Virus record (IMG/VR): IMGVR_UViG_3300025122_000012
Coordinates: 12,207 to 76,206 of that record
DNA from: a virus
DNA: 64,000 bases
Direction: 5' to 3' (one strand)
Made by a program: the position numbers and the translations under genes. Each line of letters starts with the position of its first letter. The first letter of the stretch is position 1. Positions 17,177 to 26,543 of this stretch are shown piece after piece. The notes under the pieces are model-generated. The model ran no database searches. It worked only from the letters and a program-made list of their open reading frames with translations, and was not told where the DNA came from.

Positions 17177-18025
17177 TCAGCCAATATCCTGATCGTCTAG
17201 TTCTGTATATGATTGTACCACAGATGAATACTTAATGCAATAACAAAATTTCTGATCGTATGTTGTCTTAAAGACTCCGTACGAAATGTTGGTCCCCTCA
17301 TCGAGCTTGGACTTTACATAATCAGTAATCTTGCGGTATAGTGCACCCTCTTCCATTAGGTCGTTCTCATTAATACCATAGTAGTATACCACATCGCGCG
17401 CACATTTCAAGTCATAAAACCACTTTTCTTCATCATCATCTACACTGAGAACGCCGAAGGTTCCGATGCGACTGAGGTCCGAGGGCTTAATGAAGTTGCC
17501 AATGATGGGCTCTGAATTCTTAAAAACATTAATCATATGTACGGTGTTAACGATCGCCTGATTGACTACATCAAAGTATCCCAAAATGGAAACATTCCCT
17601 ACGCCACTCTCCACCAATAAATTATCGATGAGATAGACACACTCTAGGAGCCCGGAACGCGCGTACTCCTGTACAACGTTCCTTACAATTTTCTCCTGCA
17701 TCTTTTGGGTTTCGCTCAAAAGGGCCAAGTCGGGCTGAACATACAGGACAGTTATGGTATTAGTTTTTAGTTGCTCAAGGAGACGAAGGGTGGCTCCCGA
17801 TATCTGGCCGCTCCCTCCGATAATGACCAATACATCCTCCTTGTTAAAGTTGAGCTTCTTTTTTAAAGAAGGGAAATGCTTCTCATATTCTTCATGACTA
17901 TCTCTTTTTTTAATGGTGATGTCTGCGTCTTTGGTCACATCAATACTATAGGTTGTGTACTGGGGGAATTTAGAAAATACCCTGGTAACGTTGTGTCCCA
18001 CTTTACCGAGCCCCACTACAATCAC
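17177..18025 (-). CDS. Divergent tubulin/FtsZ-family protein
   Basis: IVVGLGKVG (T1-like loop), IIGGSGQISGA (degenerate GGGTGSG), LYVQP, LIDN, VNQAIV in family order. Confidence 0.65.
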   Translation of the reverse strand: MIVVGLGKVGHNVTRVFSKFPQYTTYSIDVTKDADITIKKRDSHEEYEKHFPSLKKKLNFNKEDVLVIIGGSGQISGATLRLLEQLKTNTITVLYVQPDLALLSETQKMQEKIVRNVVQEYARSGLLECVYLIDNLLVESGVGNVSILGYFDVVNQAIVNTVHMINVFKNSEPIIGNFIKPSDLSRIGTFGVLSVDDDEEKWFYDLKCARDVVYYYGINENDLMEEGALYRKITDYVKSKLDEGTNISYGVFKTTYDQKFCYCIKYSSVVQSYTELDDQDIG

Positions 18026-18339
18026 TTGTCTTCAACCCATTCTAAAATGAAGCCCATATCAAACGACCCCTTTGTTACCCATTTGGAAAGGCGAGCTGCC
18101 TCCACCTCGGAGGAGCGAATGCCTTCGCGTTCGCAAATAAAATTCAAAACTTCCTGGATATCTCCTGCTTCTTCGGCACATGGATTATCAATAAACTCTT
18201 CTACCTCTTCACGTAATTTTTTCAACGCGTAGGCGCGCAAAGTATGGGGGTCTACCTGGTGAACCCGGGCGACCTTCTGGGCTTCTTCGATAAGTTCCGG
18301 AATCTTATCCCGAACGAGCTTGTCGTAATGTTGTTTCAT
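18022..18339 (-). CDS. MazG-like / PRA-PH-like NTP pyrophosphohydrolase
   Basis: YDKLVRDKIP, KKLREEVEEF, EEAGDIQEV. Confidence 0.85.
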   Translation of the reverse strand: MKQHYDKLVRDKIPELIEEAQKVARVHQVDPHTLRAYALKKLREEVEEFIDNPCAEEAGDIQEVLNFICEREGIRSSEVEAARLSKWVTKGSFDMGFILEWVEDK

Positions 18340-19535
18340 AACTTGAGATCCTTAAGGTCGCCCAGATTCTTCCCGGCAGCAACGTTTACCTTAAAGATAT
18401 CATACCGTGTTTTTTTGAAGGTGTCAAGCAAATTTAAAATTTCATATCGATCTTCTTCGGCCAAATCAATGTAGACCGCATCGTGAATTAAAAAGGAAAT
18501 ATAACTTTTTCTCCCCCTAAGTGCTTGATACACTTTATAGGCTTGCTCATGTACCATATCAATGGTTGTACTCTGAATTATATAATTCAAGGCGTGATGT
18601 TCGTCCACGTTTTCAATTATGCGACCATACTCTGTCTTAATCGTGCTACCGTCCCAGTATTTTTCTCGCACCACTTCCTTGTTGTACATCTCCTCTAGGG
18701 CCGCATGCGGACGGTCAGAATACAGCCACGCAAATGTCTTAGTCTTTGCTTTCTCGCGGCTTAAGTTGCCGCCAAAGACATTCTGGGCGTTCCACGCGTG
18801 GATATCATTGGTGGGCTGGCTCTTGCCCGCCAAGGCTAACAGGGTCCGCAGTTCGGCGGCATTAAAATCTAACTCAAGAAGCCAATCATTATGAGGCCTG
18901 ATGCATTGGCGAAATTCTTTGTTCATTGTAAGGATGGGAAAGGTGTGCGGCTGGGTTGCGAGGCGACCCGTGATGGTGCCCCACGGATTATAGTCGCACG
19001 TCGGGCGTACAGTTTGGAGCGTCTTTATAAAGTTTTTACCGCGGACCGAACCTAGAAGATGCTGAATGGGCCTCACATCAATATTCAGAGAGCGTTCTCG
19101 AATCGCGGTAAGCATCTCCAACAACTGATACATCTGTTTATAGTTCTCGGGGCGACGGATGGTGTTAAGAACATGTTGAGTAATACTATTCTTGGCGCTA
19201 AGAAACTGGAATAAGAAGTATTCGGGGACTACATCGTAAAAACAATTATGTTGTAGAGAAAGTTGCGCCTTTTCAAAAGCGCGAAGGCATGCACGTACTC
19301 GTTGTTTGATAGCCTCCCACTCTTCTTGAAGATTTTCGGGGCACATCTCTGTGAGCGTGGCTCCGTTGCTATAGATGCGCGCGATCTCATACCCATCGCC
19401 CGTTAGGTGAGATGAGTAGTCCCACGTTTTGCCAATACGAGGGAGCGGCGAACGAGGATTAATCATGTTGTTGGCAAAATATCCCACACAATCGGCGTTG
19501 CTATCCAGAACTTGAAAGAGGGGCGCTTCATCCAT
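18336..19535 (-). CDS. Compact family A DNA polymerase-like protein
   Basis: TITGRL, motif A DFNAAELR, motif B REKAKTKTFAWLY, ALNYIIQS, motif C IHDA; 399 aa. Confidence 0.8.
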   Translation of the reverse strand: MDEAPLFQVLDSNADCVGYFANNMINPRSPLPRIGKTWDYSSHLTGDGYEIARIYSNGATLTEMCPENLQEEWEAIKQRVRACLRAFEKAQLSLQHNCFYDVVPEYFLFQFLSAKNSITQHVLNTIRRPENYKQMYQLLEMLTAIRERSLNIDVRPIQHLLGSVRGKNFIKTLQTVRPTCDYNPWGTITGRLATQPHTFPILTMNKEFRQCIRPHNDWLLELDFNAAELRTLLALAGKSQPTNDIHAWNAQNVFGGNLSREKAKTKTFAWLYSDRPHAALEEMYNKEVVREKYWDGSTIKTEYGRIIENVDEHHALNYIIQSTTIDMVHEQAYKVYQALRGRKSYISFLIHDAVYIDLAEEDRYEILNLLDTFKKTRYDIFKVNVAAGKNLGDLKDLKL

Positions 19536-19542
19536 CTACACT

Positions 19543-19571
19543 ACTGTATCATTAGAGAGGGCGCCCGTCAA
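19543..19571 (-). promoter_or_regulatory. sigma70-type promoter heading the replication operon, possibly leaderless
   Basis: TTGACG-17-TACAGT-7-ATG(19535), extended -10 TG. Confidence 0.65.
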
Positions 19572-20899
19572 GAAGATTTTGTCTTTTTCTTCGGTAAGGA
19601 GCCTGCTATATGACTTTCGCGCATCAGAACGCTCACGGGCTTTCCGGCTAATAGGGGCAATGTAGAGGGATAAATATATTTTCTATATTCCTTATTGATC
19701 TCCTTGGCGGCGCGCTGGTATGGTGTCATCACCGTGGGGGCCCGAAGGGTGTACAGTTCGTATGCGCGGTTGCGGATGCGCAGAAGGTCGATCTTTTTCA
19801 CGGCGTGTTGAGATTCTACTTGTCTCAAGTCAATATAAAGATCGATCATTTCTTTAGGGTCGAGGCGCCCAGTCATTGCTTTTAGATTATACTGTTCACG
19901 GATATGGGTCGTATAGTCAAACCCTCCGTCTTTGCAAATTTTATGCTTCTGATAGAGCGGGGCAGATGTCGAAAGAAATCTATAGGCCCGCAAGAAAATA
20001 GCCAGCAGATCATCGAAGTCAGTAAGATAGGTTTGTTTATAAAACACTTTAAAAAAATTATCTTTTGTAACGGGATCATAAGTTATAGGATCCAAATACA
20101 TTTGAATTTCCTCCATCGCCGCATCAGTAAAAAGGTCTGCCGTTAAAACCCACGGTCGATTCTTAGCTACGCGTAGCCCAAATTTTTTGGCCGCATTATT
20201 ATAAAACAGGAAATTAGGATCTTGAATCCACGCCTCATACTTTAGTTTATCGTCGGCAGGATCACTATCTGATAGGCTAATAGATAGGCCCGTTCCCATT
20301 AGCCCCATCCGATAAGATAAAACTAAATTTGTTTTAGTTACTGGAAAGAAGGCCGCCATTCTTTTTAAGAAACGACTGTAATAATAAATAAAGGTTTTAA
20401 AATTATCAATTGGTCGCGAGGATGGCGCCTTAAAGCTCGTTACAAAAGCCTCCGCGAGCATATCATGAAATCGAGTATAGCGTTGGCTCGGGTCTTCGTA
20501 GCCTCCTTTCGCCTGCGGAAACAAGATTTCTTTGTTGCCCGTCTTAGACACAGCCCCCACTAAATACGCCTCCGACATATGGTTAACGAATGCGCTAAAA
20601 GAATTTGTAACAAAAGCCAACGCAAAAAGGGGAAACGTTGCTTCCTGTACTTGAGTGAGGGCCGCTGCGGCCGGGATCACAGTATTCTGTTGAACATCTA
20701 CTTTTCCAAAGTACCCTTTTTGGTACCATGTGTCCAAGGGTGCGGGGATACCTTCTGAGCGGGTGGGGAATATACGATCCCGATAGAGGCTGCGCTGGAA
20801 CGACGACGCAAAAGCGGTTAAGTTATTGCGGCCATCGGGGTTGCGCAGCTCGCGCTCGCTGAAAAAATAACCTTGGCTATCACTTATTTTAACTGTCAT
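19568..20899 (-). CDS. Hypothetical protein (start corrected to 20899)
   Basis: ATG 1 nt after the upstream stop; 443 aa. Confidence 0.7.
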   Translation of the reverse strand: MTVKISDSQGYFFSERELRNPDGRNNLTAFASSFQRSLYRDRIFPTRSEGIPAPLDTWYQKGYFGKVDVQQNTVIPAAAALTQVQEATFPLFALAFVTNSFSAFVNHMSEAYLVGAVSKTGNKEILFPQAKGGYEDPSQRYTRFHDMLAEAFVTSFKAPSSRPIDNFKTFIYYYSRFLKRMAAFFPVTKTNLVLSYRMGLMGTGLSISLSDSDPADDKLKYEAWIQDPNFLFYNNAAKKFGLRVAKNRPWVLTADLFTDAAMEEIQMYLDPITYDPVTKDNFFKVFYKQTYLTDFDDLLAIFLRAYRFLSTSAPLYQKHKICKDGGFDYTTHIREQYNLKAMTGRLDPKEMIDLYIDLRQVESQHAVKKIDLLRIRNRAYELYTLRAPTVMTPYQRAAKEINKEYRKYIYPSTLPLLAGKPVSVLMRESHIAGSLPKKKTKSS

Positions 20900-20900
20900 T

Positions 20901-23900
20901 CTAGAACCCGCCGAGTAGGCGCGCTTCTTCGGGAGGCGCTTCGGCCATCGCAATCGCTTTCTCTTGGGAGATATCGCTCGATTGTACGAACCCCATGAAG
21001 AGACGAATTTCATCTTGGGTGTACCCATTCGCTGCCATCTCTGCGGCAAGATCCCGCGAATCCTCTCCCGTTCCTACGATTAAGGTTAGATCATCTATGT
21101 CGGTGCTAAACTTTTCAGGCGCTGGGGCTAGAATAGCATCTGTTTCTGGGGCCGTAGCAGGCACCAGGCTTTGCTTTTTCTCTATCTCTTCTGCAGCGTG
21201 CTCTTCGGCCGGGTTAAGGTTGAGAGGCTCAATAGTCTCCCCTAGTAGCTCTGCGGCAGTGAAGCTTTCTATCTTAACCACCTTCTCGTTGAAGTTCGTA
21301 TCGAAGGGAACCATTTGTTGGATCGCCTTAACTGATGTAGTATAGCCCTCGGGACCTAATTGATGATTCACACCTGTGACCAAGAAATAGCCCCCCAAAC
21401 CAATCAGGCGCGCGATGTTGGGAATGCCCCCAATGGCTTTAGCAGATCCGGCGCCGATTGCAATAGGATCAATGTAAACAAACGTACCGTTCTTATGAAA
21501 GTTGTTTCCTATCATATTCATATTTACGCTATATAGTTCTTTTAACTGCTGGGCGCCGAGAGAACCGTCCTTGTCAATCCGGGCCTCGCGATAGCCGGGC
21601 ATATCCTCTCGGTTAAATACAATCTCCTTGGCCAAACCACAGCGGCCGCCCAAGAAATAATGGTAAATACCTTCTTTAAGATCAGACATACGATCGCCGG
21701 TGTCGGGTCGCGAATCCACGCTATATAAAACGGTGGTGGGTATGAGTGTGTTAACACTCTGGGCGTGAAGGCTGAACTGATCCAACTTTCTGGCGGCGAT
21801 ATGGGCTGCGGCGAGGCCCTCTTCGCCATCAAGGGGAATATTATTCTTCCCTTTAAAACTTTTGTTTAACCTAAAGTTGGCAGTGTCAAAACGCAAATTA
21901 AAGCTAAGGTCTTCAAAGCACGCCTCATTAAATGCCGTTCCAAGCAGCCCTGCACATACGTCTTTAATAAAGTTCAACAAAAAATAAGAGTCCTTTTTTT
22001 TGCGAATCACTGTGTCTAAGAACCATTCATTAAACTTGTCAAGAGAAATGGGAATACTTCCAATGTCCATATGAGTGGTGATCCCGGCTAATTTTTTGAA
22101 ACGGAGGGGGTCAATATCGCGCAGTCTCTTAAGTGCTGTTTCGCTTTTGCCGGGGCACTCGTAAGTGACTTGCTTGATTTGATAGGCCGCAAGAGGGTCT
22201 ATTAACTCAATCCTCCCCAATACCATTTGCATTTGAGCGGCGTCAGCGCCGTTTTCTTGGACAAGGTGTTGTAACTGAATATCAAAGACCGCATCAAATA
22301 AGTCGCCCAAATACATATAAGGAATAAGAACATTGTCTTGACCGCCTGTCGCAAAAATACCCACATTGTCTGCCATTTCCTTGAGTTCGGCGCTTCGGGT
22401 ATCTGTATCTTCCTCCTTCGGAGGGGTTGTTTCGTCCTTTGAGACCTCTGTAACTACCGTGGTCACCTCTTCGGTCGAAGCCACCTCCGCAGCTGGGACC
22501 GGCTCGGGGCTCAAAGTCATCTGTGATCTTTTCTTAGCCTCTTCGGCGCGCATGGCAGGAGTCATCTTACCAAGTGGATTGAGTAGTTGCTCCGACGGTA
22601 TCCTAATACCATAAATCTGATCGCGATCATACAGAGATTGTAAAAATTTATTATACTTACGCAAGCGATCCAACTTCATCAAAGAAATAACCTTTTGCTG
22701 CTTCTCTCGAATCTTGTCATCGAAGGTCGGATCCCCCTTCCCTTGTCGTTGTTTCTTTTCGAGAGCCGCTATTTCCTCTTCTAGCTTTTTTACGTCCTCG
22801 GAATTTAATTCTTTAGCAATAAAGATATCAGCACTCGGTGATCTCATTATACCAGATAACGATGCCTGATAATCAATCGATAGTTCAATGGTGCCATTCT
22901 GTTCAAAGCGCAGCTCGTGACTAACAATCTGCAGATGAAGGGCTATTCGGCTTTCATCGATCGCCTTTTGTACCATTGAGATTTTTATTTGATCCTGATC
23001 AAGAATATCTAGCTGGCCAAAATCAGGAGGCGTGCTCCACCCCACCAATGCCTTAATACGATAGGCGGCGCCTTCATATACCTGTGCATCAATATTACAA
23101 GGAGGGCTTAGATCAGGTTCGTCATCAAGTTTAGCTCCGATTTTCCCCTCTTCCTCTTGGGCTTCTCGTTCGGCCTGCGTAACCGTAGTGCCGGAGCCAA
23201 TTATTAAATCAAGGTATCCGGGTTGATCCGGAATACCTCCCTGGTAGCCGCCGGCGGCATTTTTGTTAAATCTAAAAAGATCAAATACGCTTTGAAAATG
23301 GAGAACCAAATTAGCTGAGATGATGTTATCCACTTCCGCGGGCTGTACACCATCCAAACTCCATGTAAACGACTTAATCCCCGCGCCCCCGATACGTCCA
23401 TATTTCCCCTTTGTTATTTGAGAAACATCGTTAGGGTCTATAAAGTTAGAAAAAGGAATACGTAACTCTTGATAAGGAACGTATTGATCACTTCCAGGAC
23501 GGATCGGTTTATAATCCACCCGGAACAATTCAATGTGGGGAACCAATAGGGCCCACACATCGGGACACAATGCTTGGAGCGCTAAAATTTTATCATCGTT
23601 AAAGAGGCCCTGGCCGTGATTGATCTTAGATATAATATTGCCAGGCTGGGCCATCCCCATTTTTCCAATGTGAGTGTAAGAATCCCCAGCATGCGCAACT
23701 GCTAGCTTTCTAAGATGCTCAAGGAGATAGCATTGAACATCCACCGCGTATACTTCGCCCTCACGTAATGCTCTTTTATCTTGGGGTGCTAAGGGCTCTG
23801 GAACAGGGGGGGTGGAGGTGCCAGTGCGTGAGGGGCGGCCGCCGAGGTCTGGGCCTCCCTTGCCGGGAACTCCCTCGTCGCCTTTCATCACCTCGCGAAC

Positions 23901-25391
23901 AGCATTCACGAAGGCCGGGTTTTGGAGCGATGCACCGAAGGCCAATATGGTGCGTTGCCATTCCCAGAACAACGAAAGATAATCAATATACAAATACTGA
24001 GGCTGCGGGCGCCCTCCCCACTGGTTATCTTCCGCCGCCTTATAGCCCATAAGCACTAGGTTTCCCGCGCCCCACCGGGTGAGGCCGTGGTGCTTGCCGT
24101 AGTGGCCGTAAGAAGTTATAGCCATGTAGGTAGGGAAGCCACCAGAGTGCCCACCACCTTTGTTGAACTTTGACTTTAGACGATCATAGTATATAAAATT
24201 ATTAGCGCCGTTCATGACCTGACGTGCATAAGAGGGAATATTGGGACCTACACTGCCCCCCTGGAGGCCTTTTTCATCAGTATTAATGGGGGTGCAGCCC
24301 CACTTATAACCCTGATCCTTGATATTCTTTTGGGTCAGTTTCCCGCCCAGATTAAATTGTTTGCCGTCCCAGCTCTTGTCCCAGCCGTAATCAATTATTT
24401 CCTTCTCCGTGACGGTCTTGTAGGGGCCGCTCATAAATGCCGCAATCAGAGGGGCTGTATTCTTGTTCTTGTGTTTTATGATTTTCCAGCCAGCCGCATT
24501 CATCTTCGTTGGATCTTCCGGGCCGTCCAGGGCGTCTGCGGTAAATTTAGAGCCGTAGCTCGAGTTGCCAAACATACTATTCATTACAAGGTTAAAGCGT
24601 ACATAGTCATTAATGGTATCATTGTTATGCTTCCCGGTCTTGGTAACCCACCCCAGACTCTTGGTAGGGTCGACGCCGCCCTGTTTCACAAAAAACTTCT
24701 GTTGGCTTGAGCAAATCCAAACTCCCTCATTCTTGGATGTCCGCATATCCGGAAACCAGGACGTCATATCGCCGCTCACAAGCTCCCGACAAACCTCAGC
24801 AATTTCAGACTTCGCTAATTTTTTATAATCATACTGGCGGCTCTGCCAGTACTTAATATTCCCGCCGTAGCCTTGGTCGTCTCTGATAACATCTTTGTAG
24901 CTGGAGTGGCTTTGATTGGAGCCCGGGCCACCCTGATAATCCATAAATGCATCTCGTATGTTAAGGATTTTCTCGCTGCCGCGGCCATCGGATCCGGTCT
25001 TGAAAATTCCGTGCTTAGGATAGGGAGGGTCGACATCGATCGTGTCGCCCATGCCGTCGACCGAGCTTGATCTGTCGCCCATAAGGGGGTTCCAGGAATA
25101 GCGCCCCTCGTTCAGCGCCATCCCGATCAGCAGCTGCTGGGAGGTTCCGTCGCCCTTCCAATCATTGGTGGTCGAATCCTTCTGGGGATTCTGCCTTTCA
25201 CTATTTTTATAGCCGTTGTAACGGAAATCTCCGTGTGAAAAATAGTACTGAGCTGCATACCGGCCGCAGGCTGGCAAGAACCGCTCGAACCACCACTTCG
25301 CCCACTTCTTGCTTTTGTTACCAATGAGGCCTGTACTAATCCAACCTAATGCATCATCTGGGTCAAAGCCGGGAGGCTGGTCACTACTCAT
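20901..25391 (-). CDS. Large virion protein, probably baseplate hub-associated
   Basis: 1496 aa; follows TMP, tube-initiator-like and LysM-like genes; C-terminal MNMIGN..YIDP..LGGYFLVTGVNH resembles a hub-protein end. Confidence 0.55.
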   Translation of the reverse strand: MSSDQPPGFDPDDALGWISTGLIGNKSKKWAKWWFERFLPACGRYAAQYYFSHGDFRYNGYKNSERQNPQKDSTTNDWKGDGTSQQLLIGMALNEGRYSWNPLMGDRSSSVDGMGDTIDVDPPYPKHGIFKTGSDGRGSEKILNIRDAFMDYQGGPGSNQSHSSYKDVIRDDQGYGGNIKYWQSRQYDYKKLAKSEIAEVCRELVSGDMTSWFPDMRTSKNEGVWICSSQQKFFVKQGGVDPTKSLGWVTKTGKHNNDTINDYVRFNLVMNSMFGNSSYGSKFTADALDGPEDPTKMNAAGWKIIKHKNKNTAPLIAAFMSGPYKTVTEKEIIDYGWDKSWDGKQFNLGGKLTQKNIKDQGYKWGCTPINTDEKGLQGGSVGPNIPSYARQVMNGANNFIYYDRLKSKFNKGGGHSGGFPTYMAITSYGHYGKHHGLTRWGAGNLVLMGYKAAEDNQWGGRPQPQYLYIDYLSLFWEWQRTILAFGASLQNPAFVNAVREVMKGDEGVPGKGGPDLGGRPSRTGTSTPPVPEPLAPQDKRALREGEVYAVDVQCYLLEHLRKLAVAHAGDSYTHIGKMGMAQPGNIISKINHGQGLFNDDKILALQALCPDVWALLVPHIELFRVDYKPIRPGSDQYVPYQELRIPFSNFIDPNDVSQITKGKYGRIGGAGIKSFTWSLDGVQPAEVDNIISANLVLHFQSVFDLFRFNKNAAGGYQGGIPDQPGYLDLIIGSGTTVTQAEREAQEEEGKIGAKLDDEPDLSPPCNIDAQVYEGAAYRIKALVGWSTPPDFGQLDILDQDQIKISMVQKAIDESRIALHLQIVSHELRFEQNGTIELSIDYQASLSGIMRSPSADIFIAKELNSEDVKKLEEEIAALEKKQRQGKGDPTFDDKIREKQQKVISLMKLDRLRKYNKFLQSLYDRDQIYGIRIPSEQLLNPLGKMTPAMRAEEAKKRSQMTLSPEPVPAAEVASTEEVTTVVTEVSKDETTPPKEEDTDTRSAELKEMADNVGIFATGGQDNVLIPYMYLGDLFDAVFDIQLQHLVQENGADAAQMQMVLGRIELIDPLAAYQIKQVTYECPGKSETALKRLRDIDPLRFKKLAGITTHMDIGSIPISLDKFNEWFLDTVIRKKKDSYFLLNFIKDVCAGLLGTAFNEACFEDLSFNLRFDTANFRLNKSFKGKNNIPLDGEEGLAAAHIAARKLDQFSLHAQSVNTLIPTTVLYSVDSRPDTGDRMSDLKEGIYHYFLGGRCGLAKEIVFNREDMPGYREARIDKDGSLGAQQLKELYSVNMNMIGNNFHKNGTFVYIDPIAIGAGSAKAIGGIPNIARLIGLGGYFLVTGVNHQLGPEGYTTSVKAIQQMVPFDTNFNEKVVKIESFTAAELLGETIEPLNLNPAEEHAAEEIEKKQSLVPATAPETDAILAPAPEKFSTDIDDLTLIVGTGEDSRDLAAEMAANGYTQDEIRLFMGFVQSSDISQEKAIAMAEAPPEEARLLGGF

Positions 25392-25394
25392 AAT

Positions 25395-25733
25395 TTACCT
25401 TAGGTAAAATCCCAACACTATGGACAAGGGCAAAGGAATATAAATTACATCCCCAGCGCTTAAGTCCGATTCAGTGGGGCGCTTGTTGTACTGGGCGATC
25501 ACCCACCAATATTCAGGAGCACTGTAGTACCTCGCTGCCAATTTATAGAATCTATCCCCGACTCTCCACACATGCTGAACGCGAGTAAGCTCCCGCAGCT
25601 GTGCTATGGTGGGGTACTTCATATTCGGGGTGCCATATTGACGAATAAATTTAACATCACGACGCTCAAGAAGATTATCATACATCTCGTTGTCGTTTTT
25701 ATATACCTTGCGATCGTCGTATCTGTTGCTCAT
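25395..25733 (-). CDS. Baseplate wedge LysM/Tail-X-like protein (gp53-like)
   Basis: HVWRVGDRFYKLAARYY..YWWVIAQYN..GDVIYIP. Confidence 0.8.
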   Translation of the reverse strand: MSNRYDDRKVYKNDNEMYDNLLERRDVKFIRQYGTPNMKYPTIAQLRELTRVQHVWRVGDRFYKLAARYYSAPEYWWVIAQYNKRPTESDLSAGDVIYIPLPLSIVLGFYLR

Positions 25734-26533
25734 TTCTCTTCGACCTCCTGGACTGCAGCCGCCTCCTGGTCGGCGTTGGCGCCCTTCCCGGTGGGGTCAG
25801 GGTTAACCTGCACCGGCGCTGGGGCGGCGAAGCCGTCAGCGGGGGCAAAGCGATTGGTGCCACCATGGGGAAAATTATCGAGATTGGCGGTGGTGCTCTC
25901 AGCACGCTGGGCCGCGTTCTCGCTCGACTTTCCAAAATAATATGTATTCTCTCCCCCTTCAACCCACCCTGTCATATGAGTATGCAGCACCGTAAAGCTT
26001 AAATTAAGGCTTATAAGCTGATAATAGATCGAGCCCACGTCGCCACCGCCTTTATAAAAACCCGAGTCCTTACTATTGGGTTCGGCGCCCCCAAAAAACT
26101 GGCCGCTGTTGATATCCGGCGCATAATCTACGCCCTCCAAATACCCCACAAGGCCCCCCTGGTCGAGGTTGCTCTGCAACTCATTGGCCCATTGAAGCTT
26201 CAAGAGGGGGGCAGCCGAAATAATCTGTTCGTCGGCCCTCTCCCTATTATCATAAACGGGATATAAAAACTGAATTAGTCTGTTGATCTTGCGATCATTT
26301 GTGTAAGCCTCTTCCTGGCTGGCGGCCACTATATCAAAAGTTAAATTAATTTTTCGGGTGGTACTTTGAAAAGTAGTGAGAGGGTCCATTCGTCCGTAAA
26401 CCGGCACATCATTCCAGGTTGACATAAACGAGTCGCTGAAGCCCGTGACCCATCCGGGAAAGGTGACGTCGTGCCCCGTAGCAATATGCTCAAAGCGAAT
26501 ATTATAATTTCTTTCTAGTCCCGGTACCAACAT
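25730..26533 (-). CDS. Tail tube initiator / baseplate protein
   Basis: FSDSF..W....YGRMDP...FQSTTRKINLTF; directly after TMP. Confidence 0.65.
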   Translation of the reverse strand: MLVPGLERNYNIRFEHIATGHDVTFPGWVTGFSDSFMSTWNDVPVYGRMDPLTTFQSTTRKINLTFDIVAASQEEAYTNDRKINRLIQFLYPVYDNRERADEQIISAAPLLKLQWANELQSNLDQGGLVGYLEGVDYAPDINSGQFFGGAEPNSKDSGFYKGGGDVGSIYYQLISLNLSFTVLHTHMTGWVEGGENTYYFGKSSENAAQRAESTTANLDNFPHGGTNRFAPADGFAAPAPVQVNPDPTGKGANADQEAAAVQEVEEK

Positions 26534-26543
26534 TTATACCTCC

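Noticed and set aside
17177-18025. Nucleus-forming jumbo phage
   Set aside because: No shell protein or multisubunit RNA polymerase is recognisable here, and the head and tail genes are T4-like
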